A stretch of DNA of 64,000 nt, taken from the NCBI GenBank assembly GCA_000182565.2, contig KQ257464.1. One strand, written 5' to 3'. This stretch comes from Spizellomyces punctatus DAOM BR117 (taxonomy: Eukaryota). Shown piece after piece: positions 11,097 to 21,765 of this stretch. Every line of letters starts with the position of its first letter. Within the stretch, counting starts at the first letter, position 1. Under the pieces are notes generated by a model. That model was not told the DNA's origin and searched no databases. It was given only the letters and a program-made list of their open reading frames with translations. The translations under genes were made by a program, and so were the position numbers.

Positions 11097-12196
11097 CTAC
11101 GCCTTTGAAACGCACAAGACCTCGTGAGGGTAAATATATCCACTCGAGCACTTGTTGTTATTCCATTGGTCGAGTTGCGCTACGCTTACTCCGAATTTCT
11201 GTCCAATGGACCAACACGAATCACCGGATTTTACAGTGTATTTCTGGCATCCGGTGAACCCGGAGGATGGAGTGGGTTTGGCGGTTGTGGTAGCCTTGAT
11301 AGTTGTAGTGACCTTGGGGCTTGTAGTTGGCTTAACCGTTGAGGACGGTTTCGAGGTTGAAGATGGTTTGATGGTACTGGTCGGTTTCACCGACGTAGAT
11401 GTGGGAGGGGGAGTAGATCCACTACCGCTTGTTCCAAGGAGGCTACAGTCGACTTGACGCCATTGCATGCTAGTCGTCCCGTAAAGTTCCGCTAGATTCA
11501 GCAAGACAATGATGAGAAAATGCAATAGATATTTTATAGGAAAAAAAGGTAGAACATACCATTGGCATCACCGTTCATTAAGACTGACATGGCGCCAAAG
11601 GACAGATCTAGACCTCCAAACCCGCAGGAGGGGCACAGGTCAACCACTTGGACAACGATCGGCTTCCCGCCAGCGCACTATCGTTGTCTTAGTACAATTG
11701 GCAGAATTTGATATCGTGTGTGAAAATGCCATTTACCTTGGATTGGTCGGTGCATGTCACTTGAACGCACATGCCACAGTAGAGGCCGTTCGAGTATTGT
11801 TGAGAGTTCTGTCAGGAGAGACCAGATGTTAACATTTTGGGAGACTTTGAAAATACATCCATTGTAAAACCAACACACCAACGCAGCAAACCACTTTGTG
11901 ACAGAGCCGGGCGTATATAAACATGACCCGGTACTCTTTTGTGGCGAGATATCACTAGGATCATCTGGATGGTAGAAACAATCTGTTAATTCTTTTAATT
12001 CGAGATTGGCGCTCTGGATTGTCAACATACTAGTTTGACCATAGTAAGTAGCCCGACCGCTAACAGTCTGGCCAGTGAATGCGGAGCCCTTGTAATAGTA
12101 GTTTGGACTAGCTTGTCTAATCTCAAGGGTCGGTGCGCCCAAAACGGCTTGGGCGAGCACGAGGGTGGAAAGCGCGAGAATGGACGGAAGGTACAT
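11097..12196 (-). CDS. Secreted expansin/loosenin-like double-psi beta-barrel (DPBB) + S/T/P linker + C-terminal LysM protein
   Basis: Signal peptide MYLPSILALSTLVLAQAVLGA; GRATYYG, GSC, AALNSQQYSNGLYCGMCVQV, VVDLCPSCGFGGLDLS, WRQVDC; LysM CQKYTVKSGDSCWSIGQKFGVSVAQLDQWNNNKC..IYPHEVLCV; about 4 introns. Confidence 0.88.
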
Positions 12197-13256
12197 AATT
12201 AATATCTAGTATTTGAGTATACGGAGGGGTTCAAGGATAGGGGCCAAGCTTTTTAAGTTTGGGCCAATACACTGAAATCCCACTGCGGGATTCCCCACGG
12301 GGCGTCTGCGTCCTGCATGCTCCTCTCCTTGCACCGATCGAAAGGGGCTTGCCAAAAGAAACTTTTCGGCCTGCATGGCATGGTGGAAGATTCATGCGCC
12401 TACAGATCAACGGTACAACAACCACAACGGAAAACCTTCTTCCGTAATCATGAAAGAAACAATTGTCATCCTTCCACCATTGAACGTTGAAAACGTTCTG
12501 CCCAGCTTGCCGGCTCCACCGTGTCAAACCCCCCTTCTCGTTCCACATCCCCCCCGTGATTGCTCTATTAGTCCATAGCTTCGATTTATCGAATAGTGTG
12601 TGCTGTCCTGCTGCTGCTTTCAATCGTAACTTGGCATTCTGCATGCAACAAACAAACGTGCATGTAGCCCCCATGAAGCATCTACAGTACACACGCTACA
12701 TCAGTGGCTTTCGCACAAAAAATCTTTGAATGGCGTATTGCATCTAGCATGGCAAACCAGTCCCCATGAAAAGAGTTTTCAGGGTAAGACAGGATACTGT
12801 CGATGGCAGTTTTTTTGCCGTTATTTAGAGTTTTCCTTTCAGTAAAAGATGTGCTTTGCGGAAAAGGACATGCCCTTGACTCCGCAACACAAATGGCAAA
12901 TGCGACCATACGACGGCTAACAACGCTCTTGTCGTTGAACGAGCGTGGCCATATGGCATGCGCTGGACATCCACCACGCCATGCTTCACGCTGCAGCAAG
13001 TCGTCATCGACAAAAACGTTTTTCTTTTCGTCCCCGACCACGACGCTCGTCCACGTTCGGGGAAGAGCGTTCAAAAACTTCTAAAAATTCTTTTTTCGCT
13101 TTTGGCAATGGGAGCGGACAGAACTCTTCAGGGACCAAAATTGTCTGCTTTCGGACATTTGCTTAGTCACGCGTTTGCTCAACTGGATGACTAGTATTGG
13201 ACATGCAAAGGAGATAGTGTATTGGGCAAACGACGAGCTGGCGCCTTTCCACCTTG

Positions 13257-13523
13257 TGCAGGCTTCCAAGTTCTCAATCATCGATATACTACGCTACTAT
13301 GCTACTTTATAGTGTAGGGAATAGAGCCCGTGATAGCAACACTCCACCAAAATCTCAGCATTCTTGAATGCAAGCTTCCCAGATAGTTCTCACTCATCGA
13401 TATACTATACTACTTATCATTGAGCTCCTACGCTACTAGGTTCTTTTACTTTGTACGCGAACCGGAAATAGAGCCCATCGTAGGAACACTCCACCTTTTC
13501 AAAAAATTTTGAAAGCTCTTGAA
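13257..13523. repeat. Degenerate tandem duplication of the F-box gene 3' end
   Basis: 13257-13368 vs 13369-13523 share tgca.gcttcc..ttctca.tcatcgatatact, acgctacta, aatagagccc..tag.aacactccacc and tcttgaa. Confidence 0.65.
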
Positions 13524-15107
13524 CTACACCTTCCATCTCGTAATCCATTTCCTCATCTGTGCTCCCTTGATTCGTGATATCTACGACAACCCGCCGTATT
13601 CCGAACGGTAGTTCTGCCGACCTCGCAACCTGGAGCAGCAGCTCCAAAAATGTCATGGGGTGAACTTGAGCGCAGTAAGCTATGCTGATCTCCAAGTGTC
13701 CCTGCGCATGTTGCGAATGGGATGCCAATCTTCGAGCTGTGATGACCTCAAGGAGACCATGGGCAGTGATTGTAGGGTTAGACACTATTTCTAGGGTCTG
13801 AAGATGGGAAAGACGGCCAATGTGCGCAAGGCTAACATCCGTCATGGCCATGTCTTCATCCATGCACAGGAACAAGTGCTTGAGATACGGACACGATGAG
13901 CACACGAGGGACATCCCGTCATCGTCCAACCCTGCGAAGGATTCATCAGTGGCAATCCAACTATAGATCAGTATTAACACATTTGGGAGAGCCGGAATGT
14001 CTACTTACACCCATCTTCTGTATTGATAATTAGCTGCTCCAGCTTTGGACAAGCCGCAATTGCTGTGGCGAGGTGCACGGGTCCAAACCCCCAATTGCCG
14101 CACACTCCTCGTCGTTCCAGCCTCAAGGTTCGTAATTCTCTCTTTGGGTGCTGCGTCCATATCATCATGTCCTCAGCTGTTATACTTTTCAAAAGTGCAA
14201 AGTTCCAATATCGCAGGTCTTTGCAGTTGGTACAGAAAAGCTCCCAGTCTGTCGGGGTCACATCAACACAAGCAACGTCGTATGGGCCACTATCACCCTC
14301 TACACATTCATCCACATCAAACTCTTGAATGTCAGGTGCATACAGTGCAAGAGAGCGCAAAATACCGCGCAATATGTCCCCACAAAACCGTTGGGCACCA
14401 AGTCGGAGGACGCGGAGATTGCCCGTATTTTGCAATAGTTTATTAATATCTTTGATGCTAGGTTCCCAGTTCCTTGATAGTTTGGATTCTTGCGCGTTCA
14501 AATATGGTTGCCAGGGGTTAAACAGCGTCAGTCGCTCCAGATGATGGCAATGGGACCCAAGAACATCCAAGAAATGGGCGTCTATTGGATAATTCAGACT
14601 TCTCCTTAGAATGACCAGATCTCGTAGATTTGGAAGACATCTGAATATGCACGCCCATTTCTGCTCATTGAAACTCCAGCTAGGTGCATTAGCTTGACGG
14701 ATGTGTTGAAAAGACGTTCCCGGAGTAGCCATCTCCAGACACGGACGTAGCTCTGTATCCCCATTATTCACATCGTCATCTTCCACCTCCCAATCGTCTT
14801 CCAATGGCGGAACGGAAGCTCGGACGTCCAAGTTCAGTACCTCAACATGCTGTCCATATATCTCGATCAGTTGCAGTAGTTTGTTCTCAGTAAACCTCCA
14901 ATGCGGTGATCTTGTGCTCCATTCCACACGTCGCCACAATTGCACGCCCGCGTTGCGAACAGTACAGTACCAATGTCGGTTTACCTGCTGTAAAACAGGT
15001 AGGAGAGAGAATACAGGAAACTTTTCAGCTGCTTTCGCAAACCGGAAGATCAGGATGAGCAAATCCTCTGGAAGCCGAGCCACAATGGGCAGTTCGGTGG
15101 TAGACAT
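13417..15107 (-). CDS. F-box/leucine-rich-repeat (RNI-like) protein
   Basis: F-box LPEDLLILIFRF..LQQVNRHW..LWRRV, then LRRs (LPNLRDLVI, CHHLERLTL, CPKLEQLII, CPYLKHLFL); one intron at ~13961-14010; an upstream in-frame ATG at 15188 is possible. Confidence 0.85.
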
Positions 15108-15274
15108 CACATTACTTGTTCCGGAGTGATGATATGGGTAACCAATTGTGATTTCATGCTGCAGCTGCTTCCTCCTACTAGCTGTCATCGAAAAAGGCTG
15201 TCAAAAGCATCTGGTCACGTGTTGCATTTGTTCATCTTGGTCTCTGGGCTTTATCAGCACTTTTGCATTGCCGG

Positions 15275-15988
15275 TCATGCTTCTGGTTTGCTTATTTTTG
15301 GTTGATGCTCTCTAGCATACGCTAACATATTCTCCACTGCTTCCATCAGGTTCCTACCTCGAACATCCGGAGGCGGATATGCTGCCATCCATAGCTTTTC
15401 CTCATCTTCCACCCAACAAGTTTTGAATCCCCTCCTTTTGGCACCCATCAGATCCCATGCATGTGCTGCAACCATCCATATCTCCTGGTCGTCCCTTTTC
15501 CTCTTTACTGCCTCATATACATCCTTGTGAGGTTTGGCCACACCAATTTCATCACACGACATGATGGCGGTGTTGGGTATCAACTCTCCCAAACCACCTC
15601 TTTCAATAGCACCCTGTACGACATTCCGTCCACCATTGGTCACAACAAAAACCTTCCAGCCAGCATCCGCTGTTTTTCTTATTGCTTCCAAACCACCTTC
15701 CACTAGTGTTAATTCCTCAGTAAACGCCTTTACAACCTTGTCAAAGTCATCCTTCCGTGTTTGATATTCAACTCCGTGAATTGCCAATGTGCGACCTATG
15801 GCACTTTCAAGTATCTGGACTAATGGTATGAAGGAGCCGGCGAGAGAAGCCGCCATATAGTCCCTGAGGGTTGTAGCAAAGAGAAACTGAAATGCTTGCG
15901 GGGGGAGGGAGAAAAGGCTACAGAACACAGTGGAAGGATGATAAAAGGATAGGAGGGTACCGAGCGCATCAAATGTTGCTGTGGGCAT
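15275..15988 (-). CDS. HAD-superfamily hydrolase, 2-haloacid dehalogenase type II-like, intronless
   Basis: FDALGTL, VVTNG, GVAKPHKDVY and MVAAHAWDLMGAKRRG motifs. Confidence 0.88.
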   Translation of the reverse strand: MPTATFDALGTLLSFYHPSTVFCSLFSLPPQAFQFLFATTLRDYMAASLAGSFIPLVQILESAIGRTLAIHGVEYQTRKDDFDKVVKAFTEELTLVEGGLEAIRKTADAGWKVFVVTNGGRNVVQGAIERGGLGELIPNTAIMSCDEIGVAKPHKDVYEAVKRKRDDQEIWMVAAHAWDLMGAKRRGFKTCWVEDEEKLWMAAYPPPDVRGRNLMEAVENMLAYAREHQPKISKPEA

Positions 15989-16496
15989 GGTTGTGGTCGT
16001 GCTTCAGTGTGAAATCTGTTAGGCATCTCAAACTGTAAGAACATCAGAAGGCCAGTTGCCAGCTGATGGCTGTGCCAGCGCGCCCTACGCTGACTCTCCT
16101 CCAGGATCACCTTCCCCCCAGATCACAAAGGACCATGTCAACCAGGGACTGGACTTGCACGTTGGACGGAGATTTAAGACTGCTAGGAACCACTGAAGCA
16201 ATGATGTTCTTTCGTGAAAATCTTCGTTGACACGATCTGCAACGGAGGATCTCCAAGGTGCGTGTTATGGGCCAGAGTCAATATCCAACGTTCTCGAGAA
16301 GCAAGGGAAAAGGGGGTTATGATGGAAGATGGTGGGGGCAGGTGGGGCAGGGTGTTTCTTCATCAGTCACAGAACACGACGTCGCATTTAACAGCGATCT
16401 CTGCAGTATATGTTAAATGTTCTTGTCGAGACATTCAGCGCAAAAGAACATTGGCAGAACAGAACCAAATAAATATTCAATCTTAAACCAACACCA

Positions 16497-18023
16497 ATGT
16501 CCACATGCTCCACAAATGGACGCAAGAAACGAGCAAGGAAAGAGGCGGGCACCCAGAAATCCGTAAAGCCACCTGAACATGGTGATCCGGACACTGCTGA
16601 CACCTCGACAGCGAAGCGGTTGAAGACTGGTCTCGATCACCGCCTTGACGCCCCGCGCTATTCTTCCTTCCAAGAGACCGAACAGCTAGAGAATTCCGAC
16701 CAGTTTACTCAAATCCCCCCTCCCGGACGACCAGCGAAGCCATTGAGCGCTCAACAACGCGATCTCCTACTCTCGCTGTTTGTAATTGGAGACGCCAAAG
16801 AGTTCTTCACTCTACTCTTTGACACGAACGAGATTGATGTGTACGCAGTGAACCTAGTTCTTGACAATGAAGGAAATACACCTCTTCATTGGGCAGCACA
16901 GCTAGCCAACATGGAAGTCGTCGAAATGCTACTCGAATTCGGTGCCGATCCCATGATTAGAAACAAGCGAGGAGAAACAGCATTGATGCGGGCCATCCAG
17001 TCTGGGGCCAACTATAGTCATTTCACTTTTGAAATGCTTTTGGAAGCTTTAAGAGATAGTTTACCATGTGTGGACAGAAAGGGTAGGACGGTGTTGCATC
17101 ATGTGGCACTTTTGGCACAACGTCGTGGGCGAATGGCTATGACTTGTTACTATGCTGACTGTTTGGCGATGGCGATTGCCGATGAGTGGGTGCATGTCGA
17201 CGAGGATATCCTTAACGTTCGGGACTGTTGTGGTGCTACCGCACTGATGTTAGCACGCAGAACTGGACATGAATATTTGATACAAAGACTGTTGCAAATC
17301 CGATGCTCAGCAATTTTTCCAAACTTGCGGATAAGTACCTCTCCCAACGGAAGAACTCGCTATACTGATGACCTGGACGGAGAGGATCTTCGGGAAAAGG
17401 CCATTGACGTTGAGGAGACAACAACTGATTCCGAGGGCGGAGATTCCCCTTTGGGGCGAATGCCTAGAGGTCGCCCTTCACGCCTGTCACCAGCCGCTCA
17501 ATCAACCACGCCGACACATAACAGAGAAACCCAACGTGATCTTCAAAGCGCCCCTGAACAAACCCTTCGCACCACCTCACCACCAATCCCCAACATGACT
17601 TCCGATACCCAACCAAATTTCCTTACTCGTATCTGTGACCACCACCAACAACCCTGTGACATAGATCAGGCTCTGCGCACAACGCGTCAACAATTACTGG
17701 AAGCGAAAGCCGAAACTGCCCGCCTTCTTGGGCAGCACGCCCTTTACGATGCCCTTAAATACCGTATAGCAGAGCTGGAGCACAGATTGGCCGTTATACA
17801 GAAGACAGACGATAAGACAGATGCTGCAGATGTGGTGGCGAGGATCAAAATGTGCGAATTGACGACAGAGACGTTGATGCACGAGTGTGAAGAGTTAAAA
17901 AAGGTGAAAAGGGAGGAAAAAAGTATGTTGAGACGCCTTATCGCCCAATGTGCGGGGATCACAGCGGACAATGTGGATGATTTTGTGGAAGAGCTGGGAG
18001 AATGGGTTAAGCTGGGGACATAA
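16497..18023 (+). CDS. Swi6/Cdc10/Mbp1-family ankyrin-repeat protein lacking the KilA-N/APSES DNA-binding domain
   Basis: DNEGNTPLHWAA, GETALMRA..NY..TFEMLL..L..D..GRTVLHH..YY, LNVRDCCGATALMLA; C-terminal LRRLIAQCAGITADNVDDFVEEL typical of SBF/MBF subunits; single exon. Confidence 0.8.
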   Translation: MSTCSTNGRKKRARKEAGTQKSVKPPEHGDPDTADTSTAKRLKTGLDHRLDAPRYSSFQETEQLENSDQFTQIPPPGRPAKPLSAQQRDLLLSLFVIGDAKEFFTLLFDTNEIDVYAVNLVLDNEGNTPLHWAAQLANMEVVEMLLEFGADPMIRNKRGETALMRAIQSGANYSHFTFEMLLEALRDSLPCVDRKGRTVLHHVALLAQRRGRMAMTCYYADCLAMAIADEWVHVDEDILNVRDCCGATALMLARRTGHEYLIQRLLQIRCSAIFPNLRISTSPNGRTRYTDDLDGEDLREKAIDVEETTTDSEGGDSPLGRMPRGRPSRLSPAAQSTTPTHNRETQRDLQSAPEQTLRTTSPPIPNMTSDTQPNFLTRICDHHQQPCDIDQALRTTRQQLLEAKAETARLLGQHALYDALKYRIAELEHRLAVIQKTDDKTDAADVVARIKMCELTTETLMHECEELKKVKREEKSMLRRLIAQCAGITADNVDDFVEELGEWVKLGT

Positions 18024-18232
18024 GGCCGCTGTACACATATATGCCTTCATTTTTTGATTAGTTTGATAGTTATTTGAATCTACGTAGCCTGCTGGATTGT
18101 TAATTCTGCAAGTATTTGATTTGAAGTCTGGAGGTGGTTGATAAGCCACATCAAAGCCACATATTTATGCATTCGGTGTCCCAGTTCTCCATCGCTCAAC
18201 ATTTTGCCCCAGATCATTCCACATACACAAGT

Positions 18233-18550
18233 ATGGCCACTAAATATATCCCACCAACAACGGTTCCGCACCACATTTACATCGAATCTACCCGACCACT
18301 GCCCTCAAATGACTTATTCCCAACCCTAACATCGTTCCTGAACAACGCACCCCAAACCACGCCGGACGTTGCGTACCAGTTGACCGAGCTTCACAAATCT
18401 CTTGAATGGCAAATTGAGAACAACGTTGATGGTAGAGACTGTGTGAAGGGTGTTGCAAGCATGTGGGAAGAGAGTGGGCCGGAAGTGGTCGACGAAGGGG
18501 AGAAAAAGAAGAAAAAGAAGAAGAAGGGTGGGTCCAAATGGGCGGCATAA
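18233..18550 (+). CDS. Small Lys-tailed protein, possibly RNA polymerase I subunit A14/Ker1-like
   Basis: PHHIYIESTRPLPSNDLFPTLTSFL..VAYQLTELHKSL followed by a poly-K tail; resemblance recalled from memory and weak. Confidence 0.45.
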   Translation: MATKYIPPTTVPHHIYIESTRPLPSNDLFPTLTSFLNNAPQTTPDVAYQLTELHKSLEWQIENNVDGRDCVKGVASMWEESGPEVVDEGEKKKKKKKKGGSKWAA

Positions 18551-19141
18551 GCGTAGGTGTAGAAGAAGGTCGATGTGGCAGTCGAATACAAAGACTGACA
18601 CAATGCAAATATCAACTTGCGAGACTGGAAGCGCTTGTCTTTCCTTCACAATGTAGAAACCTAGTAATTTAAGTTAGCCATTTTGTACAAAATATACTAT
18701 TTTTTGTTGCGTTAACGTGATCAGAATATTGGTGCGTCATTTTTTGAACCAGGGTTTCGTATGATACCCGTGCCCAAAGTTTCCGCTATGAGCACACTCC
18801 TCTCGCCAGAGCCCATGTGTAAATTACTCAAATTTAAGCAACATGCTAGCTCGAGCGGAAAGCAACCTAGGAACATAAAGGGGGACGAACGGAGATGACC
18901 ATACGGCCAGCGTGATGCCCCACAACTCTATTTACAAAAGGAGGAGGTAAAACAAAAATAATACACCCGATATCAATAAAATATCCAACCCCGCAATATC
19001 CGCCGCCTGATACGGGTGACAACTAATTTGCGTGCACAATTGACTCGGTAATCCAACAAATCTATTCTCCAGTCCTCCGCCTCCTCGTCACGAAAAGATA
19101 ACAACCAGAGTCAGTCAGTCCCATGGTGGTCGCCCCATATT

Positions 19142-21204
19142 TCATAAAGCCGTGGAATGATCATTGAGGAAGTCGAAATCCGTTCCATCCATCTCCGGTA
19201 GCACCAAATCATCCAAATTGCCTTCATAGTCACCCAATAACGAGTCTTGAAGGTCATCCATATTCAGCGAAGGTAGGAGCGTCGGGTCGACTGGGGCGGT
19301 AGTCAGGAGCCCATTTGTATCCATGGAGCTGCCACTTAGTAGGCTGTGTGGATCTGGTAACATGCCTGCTGCCTGAGACGGCGGTTGTGTACCAAGGGAC
19401 GAGGGATGTATCGCGGCTGGGACAACCGAAGATGGGAGAGATGGATCACCGATATTTGGTATGTTTACGAGCCCCGGTGTTGAAGACAGTGCCGACATGG
19501 ACGCACCGTTTGGTAGTGGCGCTGTCGTAGTAAGTGGATCAAGGTAGCCGTTACTAGAAGATGCTGTAGGAGAAGGAGGATTGTGATGACGCATCAAAGC
19601 AAGAAGCGTTTGCCTATCCTCCTCAGTCCCATCAACGGAAGGGTCCTGACCTAAGAATTCCGACACATCATAGTCTCCCAGGTCCTCCAATCCAGTGTCA
19701 AGGCCAACCAGTGAGGAAATGCTATGAAGATGATCTTGCAATAAATCAATGTCGTCTGAAACGCTATCGGTTGCTTGTGAAAGATTCGTGAGGTTCTGAT
19801 TTTGCGCTACGAGTTGCTGACTGTAGTCCGGTGTTATGGGATTATTTACAATCGAACTGTCGGGGGACAGAAGGGTTATGGCACCCTGCATCAGGTTCGG
19901 GTTTAATGAGCTTATGCTGGGAGGTTGCATCAACTCCCGTACTCGTTGGTTGACGTTTTCTAAACAAAAAAATCGTAATTGAGTTAGTGCGAGTCGTCAA
20001 CAAAATGATGCGTTTACTGTCCAACCCCTTGGTTTTGTTTGGGTCCCATCTACATGACCATGGGACAGGATGTTATTAGCTTCCCATATGCTGGATGCAA
20101 CGTCAAGGCTGCCAATATTTCATTTATGGGAGCAATGGGTGCAGAATGGCCCTTCCAAATGTCTGAATGTGACTCACCTGCTCGGACGTCTTCTGGACTA
20201 TCCTCTACTCCACCCGGGGTGCTGCCAAGTAGCAGTTTCCTTTTCTTATTCATCAGCGGCTTTTTCCTGGACGAGAATACGGAGGCCAGAAAGCGAAGGA
20301 TCTTTTCGATTGTTTCTTGCTGTCGCTGATATCTATCACGTATAGAAACCGACTCGCTCCAAAGAACCTGGTTTTCCCGTTGAATATTTTTCAAGTCCGA
20401 GCTGATGGTGAGTTGGTGCCGTTTGATCGCCGCAATCTCTTGGATGATATAATTTACGTCCAGAGAAGACCCGTCCTTATCCTCAGCATTCTCGCGACCC
20501 TTCTTTCGCGTGACTAAGCATAGGAGATCGGGTTGATTACGCTGAAAGTTGGGATTGCTGAATTCCCATATCTCCGGTTCCCCGTCATTGTGTAGCACCC
20601 CCTGTTGAAGATGTGGTATCTTGTGAAAGCCGTACATGTTGAGTTGACGGACAAAACTCGCAAAATTATTATGTTTAAAGAATCGAGGCAGAACGTCCTT
20701 GGCAAAATCTTCGTGTCTTTGCACTGTCAATACTACATGCTTTAGACAAGAGCTTTAGTCAGCAAGGGTCATATTCACCTACCGATAAATGTTGTACCAT
20801 CTGGGCCCCAATGGATCAAGTCATCCGTAGAAGGATCGTTCACCATACTGAGAAAGTCTCATTAGCATATCTAGTCTCTGCTCATATTTGATTGACAACA
20901 CCTACTTGTACAGCTTATTGAGAAATGCCGGCACATTCCTTGCTGCGGTAGCGCTCAGAGCACCTCGGTTACCATTTGACGTTGGTGTAGCTGGTGCCCC
21001 CACAGTTGGCTTTATCAGGCGCTGCAAGGCAACAGGGCTACTGACAGCATTCGTACCGGTAATAGGCATGCCAATGGTAGCATCAATGGGAGGTGATCCA
21101 AGCGGTGGTGTAGGGGAGGGAAGGGGAGGCGTCGCAGAACTCGGGGCTGATCGCTTGCGCGAATTGGCTCTTCTGACGGCCACTCCGGTCCCTTTCGTCG
21201 TCAT
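19142..21204 (-). CDS. HSF1: Heat shock transcription factor
   Basis: NVPAFLNKLYK|MVNDPSTDDLIHW..|FAKDVLPRFFKHNNFASFVRQLNMYGFHKI, HR-A/B coiled coil (ENQVLWSE..QQETIEKILRFLASV), acidic C-terminus; about 4 exons. Confidence 0.95.
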
Positions 21205-21765
21205 AACTCAATCTCACTCCAATTTCCTTTGACTTGACCGAATTTCCGACACTTGTCAAAATATGAAATGGTCCTAATGACTGAAAACCAGTCCAGACAC
21301 GACTATTCGTCTTCTGAAAATTGATTGTTCTGCACCGAGCTCGCCGCGCTATCTCGAGCCGAGAGGGTGTACCGGAAGCAAAGAGCAGGACAACAAGAAA
21401 CCCCTATAAAAAGCCAGGTCCTTCTGCAGCTTACAACGTGAATTGAAAAATGGATGTTTATGCTTGAACCAAACCCGGGGAGTAGGTGTTTGCAGCATGT
21501 AGTGGTAACGTCCTTGTCTCACGTGCTACTGCCAGCCACGCACGTGATGCATTTGTACTAAGCCACTCTATTATGGGGTAAGTTGGCCTTTGAAGGTGGC
21601 GGCAAGTAACTTTGAAGCACGGCGCCGATCATCTTGGCATTTTCCCCACTCTGCAGTCGGTGACAACCGAATAAGCAATTATCTTCACTAGTCCGTTTTG
21701 AATTCGTTGCATTGTCATACAGCGCTCACTCGAAAATAGAATAACCACCCTAACATTGGGTCACG

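Noticed and set aside
17205-17216. ATATCCTTAAC, a U12-like motif
   Set aside because: It lies inside an uninterrupted ankyrin-coding frame (EDILN); coincidental.
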